From assembly GCA_963804165.1 (NCBI GenBank), contig CAWDPO010000040.1, forward strand, positions 32,001-96,000: 64,000 nt of DNA, read 5' to 3'. The position numbers and the translations under genes were made by a program. Shown one piece after another: positions 51,018-61,821 of the stretch. The DNA comes from an uncultured delta proteobacterium. Its GTDB lineage: Bacteria > Desulfobacterota > Binatia > UBA9968. The notes under the pieces were generated by a model, which was not told the DNA's origin, did not search any database, and saw only the letters and a list, made by a program, of their open reading frames with translations. Numbering within the stretch: position 1 is the first letter of the stretch; every line of letters begins with the position of its first letter.

Positions 51018-51117
51018 GTGTCTTAAACGTTATCCGCCGTACGCTCGATCTATAATTAGTAAAGACGGATTGAACGAAAGATCAGCATAAAGCACGGCCG
51101 AGCTTTGTGGAGTCACA

Positions 51118-51480
51118 ATGAATGGTTCGATATTGATTGTTGACGACGAAGAGAACCTGCTAGTACTACTTGCCGGACTCTTCACGAAAAATGGCTTCCA
51201 GGTCAAAACGACCAGCAATGGATATCAGGCACTCAAGCTAATAGATCACGACCCTTTTGACCTGGCGATTCTGGATCTCAAAATGTTTCCTGTTGATGGT
51301 ATCAGGCTGCTCGCCGAGCTGAGGAAACGCTCGCCTTCGACTCGGGTCATCATGATCACAGCGTACCCCACCTCTGACGCCCGCAGTGAGTGCATAAAAA
51401 ATGGCGCTGCCGCGTTACTTCCAAAGCCATTGGATCTAAATCAACTCAAAAGCTTTGCTCAGTCTCTCGCCCCTCGATAA
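51118..51480 (+). CDS. Single-domain response regulator receiver
   Basis: 'ILIVDDE', 'LDLKM', 'MITAY', 'PKP'. Confidence 0.9.
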   Translation: MNGSILIVDDEENLLVLLAGLFTKNGFQVKTTSNGYQALKLIDHDPFDLAILDLKMFPVDGIRLLAELRKRSPSTRVIMITAYPTSDARSECIKNGAAALLPKPLDLNQLKSFAQSLAPR

Positions 51481-51861
51481 AATTTTGCGAGGACTTTGGC
51501 AGGGGAGTTTTCCTAAGCACGACGCGCCGGAGCGAATAACAAGATGTCCATTTCCTTCGTCCGTCATGGGCGCATCTGTGTTTGGCGAGACCTCGCCTCG
51601 CGGGGCGCGGATACGGATGCTCAACCCAGTACGGGTCTGCCAGTCCATCCGACGCAACTTAGATGACGATGCATCGCTGGAAGGGGCAAGATACTGCCGG
51701 CCACCGGTGCCGTAGCGCAACCTCTTGCGCACTTTGCATCTCTCCTTGAACGACTGAACGAGCTTTACTGGGTTGTAAGTGGAAACCTCACATGTCCGAG
51801 TTTCTCGTACCCTGATCTCGAACGCGCCGCCGATCTTCGCTGTAATTACTTCGTTAATCGC

Positions 51862-51876
51862 TGGCATGTTACTTGC
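51862..51876 (+). promoter_or_regulatory. sigma54 promoter motif
   Basis: TGGCAT-GTTAC-TTGC, 30 bp upstream of the BON gene. Confidence 0.7.
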
Positions 51877-51906
51877 GCTAGATCAGCCCGAAACGGAGGG
51901 AGTTAT

Positions 51907-52299
51907 ATGAAAGGTATTACGCTAACACTATTTGCGGCGATTCTGGTTTTCGGTTGCTCAAAAGGCCGGGATGGCAACCAAGTGTCTCAATCGAGTCAAG
52001 TTGAGCCTGACAATACCGGCCGCAACGTGCGCGATCGCGACGGCGCAACCAAGACTGCCGGCGATCAGTCCGAGAACGAAGCGGATCGCACTATCACTCA
52101 GAACGTGCGCAAAGCCATTAACGAGGACGATTCACTTTCCACTAACGGCAAGAACGTAAAGATCATCACGGTCGACGGTGAAGTCACACTGCGCGGTCCG
52201 GTCAAGAGTGAAAAAGAAAAGACCAATATTGCGAGCAAAGCCAAGCAGATCGCCGGCGTGAAAAACGTAGATAACCAATTGGAAATCGCTAGTAACTAA
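51907..52299 (+). CDS. BON-domain (OsmY-like) lipoprotein
   Basis: Lipobox 'VFGC'; 'DNTGRNVRDR', 'GEVTLRGPV', 'GVKNVDNQLEI'. Confidence 0.92.
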   Translation: MKGITLTLFAAILVFGCSKGRDGNQVSQSSQVEPDNTGRNVRDRDGATKTAGDQSENEADRTITQNVRKAINEDDSLSTNGKNVKIITVDGEVTLRGPVKSEKEKTNIASKAKQIAGVKNVDNQLEIASN

Positions 52300-52307
52300 G
52301 ATTCATC

Positions 52308-52979
52308 ATGGTTCAAGCAGTCGTATTCGATATCGACGGAACGCTGGTCGACTCGGTCGATCTCCATGCCGAAGCCTGGCGGGCGGCATTCGAGAAATTC
52401 GGCAAGACAGTCGCGTTCGCGGATATTCGCGGCCAAATCGGCAAGGGCGCAGACCAGTTGCTGCCGGTCTTTTTCTCTCCGGAAGAATTTGCGCAATTCG
52501 GCAAAGAGCTCGAAGATTATCGGAGCGAACTCTACAAGAAAGAATATCTGCCGCGTGTAAAGGCCTTTCCGAAAGTCCGCGAATTGTTCGAGCGGATCCG
52601 GCAAGACGGCAAGCGGATTGTGCTCGCGTCATCGGCTAAAGGCGACGAGCTCAACACGTACAAGAGGATCGCGCGGATCGATGATCTCACTGAAGCCGAA
52701 ACATCGTCTGACGATGCGGAAAAATCCAAGCCACATCCGGATATTTTCGACGCCGCGCTCGCGGAGCTCGGGGATGTCGCGCGCGATAGGGTCGTCGTGG
52801 TCGGCGACACGCCTTATGACGCCCAGGCGGCCGCTAAAGCAGATTTGCATACCATCGGATTATTGTCCGGCGGTTGGAACGAAAACGACTTACGCGGAGC
52901 GGGTTGCATCTCGATATATCGCGATCCGGCCGATCTGCTCGCGCGATACGAAGAGTCGCCGATTGGACGCAGCCCCTAG
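52308..52979 (+). CDS. HAD-family hydrolase
   Basis: 'FDIDGTLVDS', 'KPHPD', 'VGDTPYD'. Confidence 0.92.
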   Translation: MVQAVVFDIDGTLVDSVDLHAEAWRAAFEKFGKTVAFADIRGQIGKGADQLLPVFFSPEEFAQFGKELEDYRSELYKKEYLPRVKAFPKVRELFERIRQDGKRIVLASSAKGDELNTYKRIARIDDLTEAETSSDDAEKSKPHPDIFDAALAELGDVARDRVVVVGDTPYDAQAAAKADLHTIGLLSGGWNENDLRGAGCISIYRDPADLLARYEESPIGRSP

Positions 52980-53198
52980 CTCCGACGCAAGAAATACAAT
53001 CTGAGTCCAGCCATATTTGAAGGTGGCCTGTTGAAAACATTCGGCGATCAAAGCGTTCTGGTCCTCTTTATGACTGATTTTTTGTGCCAATGCTTTGGGT
53101 AACAGGCGAGCTTCTTCTGAAATCTGCACATACGGAAACCCTCTTAACTATTACGCGGTGCTTCATTGCCGACGTAACTGATTGACACGCTCAGGAAT

Positions 53199-54747
53199 AT
53201 GGCCGGGGAGGTCATGGGAATTTTGAACTCGGGGAAAAACTGCTTGGATATCGCATCTGCAGACGAAACCGGACTCCTGATCGACGGTTGCGACTACTAC
53301 CGCGCTTTCTATCGTAGTGCTTGCAAGGCGCAGCGTTACATTTTGCTCTCCGGATGGCAGTTCGATAGTGACGTGTCGCTACTGCGCGGGGAAGACAATC
53401 GAGAGGGCGACGATGGACGACTGCTGTCTTTCTTGAATGCACTTTGTGACAAGAATAAGGACTTACGAATATACATTCTTGCCTGGAGTTTTAATATCAT
53501 CTACGGAATCGACCGCCAATGGTTCCAAAAATGTTATTTCAACTGGACGACCAACGAAAGACTTACATTCTGTTTTGATGACTGCCATTGCGTTGGAGCA
53601 AGCCATCACCAAAAATTTGCGGTGATCGATGGTGCCATCGCGTTTGTGGGAGGATTGGATCTGTGCTCGGGGCGCTGGGATGAGCGAGATCATTGCGCTA
53701 ATAATCCCAAAAGGGTCAATGCGGATCAGAATACCTACACGCCCTTCCACGACGTCCAATCGTATCACTGTGGGTCCGTAGCCGGAAAATTGGCTGAACT
53801 ATTTAAAGAGCGCTGGAAGCTAGTTTGCTCCAATGAACTCGATTTACCCGAGGTCAAAGTAAAAACGCCCGCTGATTTCCCAGGCCGGTTCCGTGTCGCG
53901 GCCAGCCAGGTGGGCATCAGCCGGACTCAGGCAAAAACGGATGACGGGAGACAGGATTCTCTTCAGGAGATTCGCCAACTATTTGTCGATGCCATAGAAA
54001 GCGCCGAAAGCTTGATCTACATCGAAAATCAATACTTCAGCTCCAACGCTATCTTTAGAGCATTGTCACGGCGAATGAAGGCCCGCGGGCGCTCCCCTCT
54101 GCAGATCGTGATGGTGCTAGCCAAAGATGCAGACGCGTTTTTTGAGAGGATCTCGATAGGCCTCATGCAGGCAAAATTTATTGGCCATTTAAAAGAACTC
54201 GCCTCGACAACCGGCCATCGATTAGGAGTTTATTACCCGGCGTGTCTCGCAAACGGTGGAGAAGAAGTACCGATTTATATTCACTCGAAGTTCTTTTTGG
54301 TAGATGATCGCTTCCTGAGCGTGGGTTCGGCAAACATGAATAATCGGAGCATGGGATTGGACACCGAGCTAAACGTCACATGGGAAGCCGGGTCTGACGA
54401 AAGTAGTGTGATCCAATCGATCAGGGATATACGGGTCGATCTCTTAGCCGAACATGTCGGCGCAAGAGAAGTTCGTAAACTTACCCGACCCCAAAGGGTT
54501 GGTTGATTATCTTGAGCGGTTAGCAGGAAGTAAATCATGCCGAATTCGGCGTCACCCGTCGTTAGATGTTGATCCAGCAGAATATGAATTCCTAACATCG
54601 TTACTTCCGGACGGATTCCCCTTTGACATGGAGGAGGCGGACTCAAAGGAGGTTCTATACGAGGCGATTTCGGACGAACCGAATGGATTTTTCGCTAAAG
54701 GAATTTCGTCTCTGAAGCATGCCTTTAAAACGTCAGCCGGGGCGTGA
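53199..54747 (+). CDS. Phospholipase D family protein, frameshift near 54490
   Basis: Two HKD motifs, 'HHQKFAVID' and 'IHSKFFLVDD..GSANMN.RS'; tail 'PKGLVDYLERLA' continues in another frame. Confidence 0.85.
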
Positions 54748-55193
54748 CCGCTACCACTACTACTGTCGAGTAGACATGTTGAGTGAGAATCCGGTGTCTC
54801 TCCATCCAGCATCACTGAGTCCCTTATTCCTACAAAATGAGCCCAAGTTCGCCCTTAGGAATCATCCCGCGGATACCCAGCGAATCCACAGGTGCCTTGA
54901 CAACCCTTGGGAGCGTCCTTAACTTTTCCGTGTGCTCGAGACTTTCAATTCTAGCATGCGCCCAATGAGGCCGCTTTTATAATTCGACGGGGAGCCCGCT
55001 GGCTTCTCTCTTTTTGCTTCTGCTCAGCGAGAATATCGGGGTTCCGAACTCCCCCTTATTTTCCATGTCGGGCTACTGAATCTTGTGGCTCCGGCGGTTG
55101 GACCACATCTGCTGCGTTTCTGTGGGAACATCAACTACCTGTCACTGTTTGGAAGTGATAGGGCCGAATAATTGTGCGCTCTGGAGAAAGACC

Positions 55194-55913
55194 ATGGATT
55201 CTAATGTACTGGGAAAAACGAAGAGGACTCTTCCGAAGAAATTAACGCAGCTAAGGAGCCGAAGGGAGCACAGTAGGCGGGTTGTGCGGAGAGTGACCCC
55301 TACGCCAGCTCACGAAAGTAGGATCTACTCCGACTATGCTTTGCTTTATGACAAGATCTTCGGGAAAATTTTCTTCAACCGTATAAAGCAAGTCATTGAG
55401 TCGCTCCACATCCCGCCGGGAGCAGAGGTCCTTGAACTCGGTGTGGGAACTGGCACGTCTTTTCCTGCTTATCCTAGACACTGTAAGGTCATGGGGATTG
55501 ACTTGGCGGCGGACATGCTGCTCCAGGCCCGCGCAAAAATTTCGAAAAACTCCTGGTCCCATTTGCAGGTCATGGAAATGGATGCGCTCAATTTAGCGTT
55601 TCCCGATAATAGTTTTGACTATGTGACAGCGTTTCATACTCTCACGGTAGTCCCGGACCCGGTGCAAATGCTGGCTGAGGCCAAACGTGTTTGCAGGTCA
55701 GGAGGTAAAATCGTGATCGTCAATCACTTTACCACTGATCTCCCGATTATTGGTTCTCTGACTGAGGCGCTTGATCCCCTTACACGTCGCCTGGGCTGGC
55801 GTACGAAACTCAAGTTGGAGCCCTTCCTCCAATCGACAGATTTCACTGTGGAAGAGATTTACAAGCTTTCAAAAGCCTCGCTCTACACCGTAATTCGGGG
55901 AAGAGTGGTCTAA
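55194..55913 (+). CDS. Class I SAM methyltransferase (PmtA-like phospholipid N-methyltransferase)
   Basis: 'YDKIFG', 'VLELGVGTG', 'MDA.NLAFPDNSFD', 'VVPDP', 'IVNHF'. Confidence 0.8.
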   Translation: MDSNVLGKTKRTLPKKLTQLRSRREHSRRVVRRVTPTPAHESRIYSDYALLYDKIFGKIFFNRIKQVIESLHIPPGAEVLELGVGTGTSFPAYPRHCKVMGIDLAADMLLQARAKISKNSWSHLQVMEMDALNLAFPDNSFDYVTAFHTLTVVPDPVQMLAEAKRVCRSGGKIVIVNHFTTDLPIIGSLTEALDPLTRRLGWRTKLKLEPFLQSTDFTVEEIYKLSKASLYTVIRGRVV

Positions 55914-56128
55914 CGAATAGGCTGGAGCACAAGGAAGTGGTCAAGATCAAATAAGCGCGCAGGATGGGATAACCGCGTTGGCACTATTCTGAACGAGTAG
56001 TGATGCTGCAGGCGAAGCGTCCAACTAGATTTCAAGCGGCTCGTCGTTAAGACAGTGACAGTATGGCAGACATGTTACCCGGCTACTGCCACACTCGTGC
56101 CCTTTAGCGCCAAGCTATTGGGATCGGT

Positions 56129-57288
56129 TCAAATTTCGCCATAGGTCTTGAGCATCGTTTGCGTCACTCGATCCCACGTGAAATTGGTGTCCAGCAACTT
56201 TTTTCCATTGAGCCCGTAGCACTGCCTTTTACGATCGTCGGCAAGAAGCGCCTCGATGGCCAAGGCCAATCTTTAGGGATTTCCCGGCTGAACAATGACT
56301 CCGGTCTCCCATGAATAACCAGCTCCGGCAGGCCACCGACGTCGGTCGCGATGACAGGAACAGAATGCAAGTAGGCCGTTTGAGTGAGGCCGCTTTGCCC
56401 GGAAAATCTTATATAGGGCTGAATTAGAAGATCAGCCGCTTTGAAAAATATCGGCACTTCCTCGGAGCTTATATACCGGGGGAAAAGATAGGTCCTTTCG
56501 GCTAGCCCTTTGGTTCGCAGCTGTTCTTGGTATGGCTCCACAGCGGTAAAGAACTCCCCGGCAATGAGCAAAGCGACATCGAATTTTTCTGCGATGATTC
56601 TTAAAGGCCTCGATCAGATCGCCGAGACCTTTATAGCGTCGCACGTAGCCAAAGAAGAGCAGCACGTGTTTTTCCTTTATGCCGAGATGGGCGCGCGCCT
56701 CGGTTTTTCCATAGGCGGATTCAGCGTCCGCACAGATCCCATGAGGAACAACAGTAATCTTTCGCGGGGCCTGACGGAAGTGCTCCACAGCTTCCTCGCG
56801 CAGTTTTTCGGCATGAACCAAAAGTCGATCAGAAAACCGAAAGGCCATGCGCGAGAGCAAGCGATCGAAGTAGGCGGCTCTCATGAGGCTGCACATTGTG
56901 AACCGTGAGAACAATTTTTGCCTTCGATCGAAACCAGTATTTGAGAAGCAGGATCAACGGAATGAGAACAAAACCATGTTGCGGCACAAACCACTGGATA
57001 TCCACCACATCCGGCCGAATGCTATGGTTGATGATCATGCGCGGCTCTTAAAAGACGAAAGCATGGAGTAATATTTGAGAATTTCATGGATCGTGAATTG
57101 CTTCCGGAAACCGCGATTTCTGCTGCGGTTCTTTTTGCGTCTCCCGGATAAAGCCATCGAGGGAATATGTTTTTATAGCTGACGACTTCCACTTCCGCAC
57201 TTTTTACGAGGTTATTGACAAGATGGACCGAGTACTGATGGATACCACCTCGCCAGCGAGACACCGGAGCGACTAAACAGATTTTCAT
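56129..57288 (-). pseudogene. GT4 glycosyltransferase with several frameshifts (decay or sequencing error)
   Basis: Collinear pieces 'MKICLVAP..RGGIHQY', 'TVHNVQPHE', 'LLFFGYVRRYKGL', 'PVIATDVGGLPE', 'FTWDRV' spread over several frames. Confidence 0.8.
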
Positions 57289-57552
57289 TGCGTACGAACA
57301 TGCGCCGGTACAAGGTTGCGAGGGATAGCAGGATCGGCCAGGGGAGTGACCCCTTATACCAGACAAAAGCCTTAACCGCCCAACGGGAGTGCGGAGAAGC
57401 GAAGGTATTTCTTTCCAGCGGCGGCGCCATCGTGTCTTTACTCCATCTTGGCCTAAAGCCTCTCGTTATTTTGCTCCGATCCCCGTAGCAAAATAAGCCC
57501 TTCAGCTATCATACTCTCGGTACTGCATCCTGGCAATCGATCTCGCCGCTTT

Positions 57553-60500
57553 CTAACGCTCGCACTGTCTTTTGATTGGCGTTGATTCTTCTTGCGGAGT
57601 CTGTTGTTTTCTCTGAATCTCCTGCGCGTCGGACAGGGAGCGGCTCAATTCTTTGGCGAGCAGCCGCACGCGCGGTTCTAGAACGATGTGCGCGTGATAT
57701 CCAGGGATCAGGTGAGTTTCGAATCCTCCACCCGCCAATCTACCCCAGCCCATTTCAGGGTCATGATGAATTCCTCCGCCCAGCTCGGTGGCACGAAAGA
57801 GCGTAATCTTTCCCGGATAGCTTCTCGGATTGTAGCGTCTTGCAGCCTGGCTCCCGGCCTTTAGGATGTTGCGACGATTGCGCGCCGCAGGAACCCATCG
57901 GGATCCGAGCCCCATGTAAAGTTTGTAAAGAGCTTTGTCGATCTTTCCCTTCACGTAGGAAAGTCGCTCGCCGGGTTGGAGAACCCAAAGATTGCCGATA
58001 TGAAGACTCACGGTTCTTTCGAACAGGCGAATGGCTCGATAACGATAGCGGCGGAACAGAGAACTCCGCGCGGAACCTCTCCCCGCGCGGCGCGAAAGAG
58101 TCAACCAAAGCCAGCAAAGCCACTCTCTCGCCCTGCGCATGAAGCTGCTGCGCCATTTCAAAAGCGATGAGGCCGCCGATGCAGTGGCCTCCTATGTAAT
58201 AGGGGCCTTCGGGCTGCAGGCGTGCGTATCTCTTTGATGTAATGAGCGGCCATCTCTTCAATCCGACTGTGCAGAGGCTCGCTGCCGTCCAGACCCTGCG
58301 GTTGAAGCGCATAAAAGGGCTGATCCGAACCCAAATGCTTGGCTAGATCACGCCAGAACAAAACCCCTCCGTCATGCGCGTGCACACAGAAAAGCGGCGG
58401 CCGGGACCCGCCGGGTTGAATCGCCACCAAGGATTTCCATTGCGCGGCCTCTTCTTGCTGGCTCATCAATCCGGCCAGTTGCTCGATCGTCGGTGCGTGG
58501 AAGAGAGCAGCCACTGGAAGGCTTTTTCCCATCACCTTTTCGATCTGGGCAAACAACCGAACTGCCAGCAGCGAATGGCCGCCCAAATCAAAAAAGTTGT
58601 CTCTGATGCCTATCGGTCGAACTCTCAGAACCTTCTCCCAGACTTGTCTGAGTTGCTGCTCCAATCCGTCACGCGGGGCCACTGGCGCGGCATCCTGCTC
58701 CTGGCGTGTGTAGTCGGGCGCGGGTAGCGCGCTCCGGTCGACCTTCCCGTTGGGGGTACGCGGCAGAGCGTCCAAATCCAAATACACAAATGCTGAAGGC
58801 ACCATATGGTCGGGCAACTTCCGCTTCAGGAAACTGCGCAAGTCATGGGCTGACGGGGCTCGCTGTTGGTTCGCGACGATGTAGACCACCAGCCGTTTAT
58901 CGCCGAGAACGTCCTCGCGCGCCAGGACCACACATTCCCGCACCCCTGGCTGTTGACTAAGCGTCGCCTCGATCTCTCCGGGTTCAATCCGAACACCGCG
59001 GATTTTTACCTGAAAGTCCTTTCGTCCAGTAAACGCGATGCTCCCATCAGGCAGCAGCCGTCCCAGATCGCCACTCCGGTAGATGCGTTTCGCACGACAT
59101 TCAGGATCGGGCAGGAACGCTGCCCTAGTCATTTCTGGCTTTCGCCAGTACCCTAATGCAACATGAGCGCTCCTTATCCCTATTTCCCCGTAGACTTCCC
59201 CTGGCTTGCCTGCCTTATTGAGTAAGAGAACCTCCGTATCCTCAACCGGATAACCTACTGGGACGATATTCCCGGTTATCTCAGTTTCGTGGTTGACGAA
59301 ATACTGCAGCGTCACAGTGGATTCGCTGGGTCCCAACCCGTTAACAAAAATAGCATGCGAGGAGAAGATCTTTTTAAATAGATCGATATCTTCTCTATGA
59401 ACTTCTTCTCCCCCCAGAACGACAAAGCGGATTTTCGATAGATCTTCCCTACCCGTCAAGGCGTTCATCAAGTAACGATAGACGGTGGGCGTAGAGTGGT
59501 AGACCGTGATCTTTTCTCGGGTCACTCGGTGAAACAGAGCGGAGGGATCTTCCTCTTTAATGTCCATCGGATGCAGGGATGCGCCGTTTAACAAGGCACC
59601 GAAGATATCCATGACAGCCGCGTCGAATCCGTAGGACGAAAATAGCGTCAGTCTGTCATCTGAGTTGAGATGAAGATTATTCGTATAGCTTCTTATGTGA
59701 TGCAGAACATTGCGGTGGTTTTGCATCACCCCCTTGGGCATCCCAGTTGAACCAGAGGTATAGAGGATATACGCCAACGTATCCGGCGAAATGCGCAAGT
59801 TAGGATTGCCAGTCGATACCTCGGCATCGATCTCATCCGCATTGATGAGCTGCAGCCCTCCGTTAGTTAAGCTTTTAGCAAGGGCGATATTCCTGCGGTT
59901 GGTGAGAACGACTGTGGACTGAGAATCTTCCAAAAGATAGGATAGCCTTTCCGCGGGAAAAGTAGGATCGAGTGGTACGTAGGTCTTTCCGGCTTTCAAC
60001 ACCCCCAAGATGCCGGCAATCATTGGCGCATCGTGTTCAAACAAGAGGCCAATCCTTTGCTCTCCAGGCCGGCACGCTTGCAGGAACGTTTGAGCTATCT
60101 GATTGGCGGTCCGATTCAGCTCACTATAGGTCCATTGATGTCTTCGAGTCTTGACGGCCACGTGGTCTGGATATTTTTTTACTTGCTCTTCAAAACGATC
60201 TGCAATCGATTGCTCGATGGACTCTTTCTCAAACTCAACAAAAGGCTCAGTGGAGCACACGAGGTTGTAACGAGTGGACAGTTGGCGCCGTTCATCGTCA
60301 GTTAAGAGGGGTAAGTCCGACAGCCGTTGGTCGGGATCGGCCACAATACCCTGCAGCAGAGTCTGAAAATGTTCCAGCATTTGCTTCATCCGATCGCCAC
60401 GGAAGAGATCGGCATTGTAAACGAAATCAAAGTGAATCGTTTCGCCTCGTTCTCTCACATAAACAGTCAAATCGAATTTCGAATGCTGCCCTGAATGAGC

Positions 60501-61821
60501 GACATGCGTTACCGTCAGACCTTTGCAGTTTGAGGCCCTGACCATCGAGAGTGAGCATATTGAAGAACACCTGAAAAAGCGGCGTGCGACCCAAATCCCG
60601 ATCAGGTTGAAGCTCCTGCAATAACTTCTCAAAGGGGATATCTTGATGGGCGTATGCGTCCAAAGCCCCATCCCGCACACGAGCTAACAGCTCTCGAAAC
60701 GAGGGGTTGCCTGACAAATCGGTGCGCAGAACCAGAGTGTTGAGAAAGAACCCAATTAATTTTTCGGTCTCTCTTCGATTGCGCCCTGCGATGGGGAAGC
60801 CTACAACCAGGTCTTCCTCCCCCGTATGCCGGTGGAGCAATAGCTTGAACGCAGCCAAGAGGGTCATAAAGAGGGATGCGCTTTCTCGATTGCTGAGGTC
60901 TTTGAGCGCGTAGCTCAACGAATGAGGTAGAACCAAGCTGACACACCCGCCGCGAAAGGTTTGCACAATGGGCCGCGGGTTGTCGTGGGGCAACTCTAGA
61001 AGAGGAGGAGCGCCGCTGAGTTGATGTTTCCAGTACGAGAGTTGGTTCTCGAGCACATCTCCTTGCAGCCATCGCCGCTGCCACACTGCAAAATCTGCGT
61101 AGTGGACAGGGAGTTCCGGCAGCGGGGAGGCCTTACGAGCTAAGAAGGCATCGTAAAGAATTGAGAGTTCTTCGAAGAAGACCCCCATTGACCAGCCGTC
61201 GGAGACAATATGGTGCATCGTAACGAGCAACACATGCTGCCTTTCGTCAAGGCGAACCACACACGCCCGAAAAAGGAGGCCTCGGGCTAAGTCAAAAGGA
61301 CGGGAAGCTTCTTCGTTGACGAGTCTCTGAACCTCGTTTTCTCGTTCACTTTCAGGGAGAGGTTGAATATTGATTATCGGCAGTGTCCACTCCGTGATCG
61401 GTGCGACGACCTGGAACGGTTGTCCGTCGACGGCAACGAATGTGGTGCGCAATCCTTCATGGCGCTTCAACACCTCGTTCAGGGCCTGCTCCAGCGCGCT
61501 CAAGTTTAGACTACCGGTGAGACGAAGGGCGGCAGGAATATTGTATGTAGGGTTTGCCGGCTCTAGTTGATCCAAAAACCACAACCGTTCCTGGGCAAAA
61601 GAAAGAGGTAAGTTACTGTCGCGCGAGACGGGTAATATGCTCGGAGCAATATTGCTTGCCTCACGCAAAAGTCCCATGATTTCTGCTTTTCGCTCCCTTA
61701 GCTCTCCGGCCAATTCGGATGTTAATGCACGCGGCGGGGCGCTGTAGCATAGTTTCTCACCCTCAACCCAGAGCTGAATGTCCTGAGTCCTTAGAGAGGA
61801 CAAAAATTCAGCTGTCGTCAT
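57553..61821 (-). CDS. NRPS termination protein: TubC-type docking domain-C-A-PCP-TE, with +1 frameshifts near 60522, 58220 and 58080
   Basis: Docking 'FLSSLR..IQLWVEGEKL', C 'HHIVSDGWS', A 'YTSGSTGMPKG', PCP 'FFDLGGHSL', TE 'GHCIG' ... 'GYH'. Confidence 0.9.

Noticed and set aside
57212-57430. 72-aa ORF between the NRPS and GT4
   Set aside because: Overlaps the GT4 start, is not MbtH-like and lies in a frameshift-prone region.
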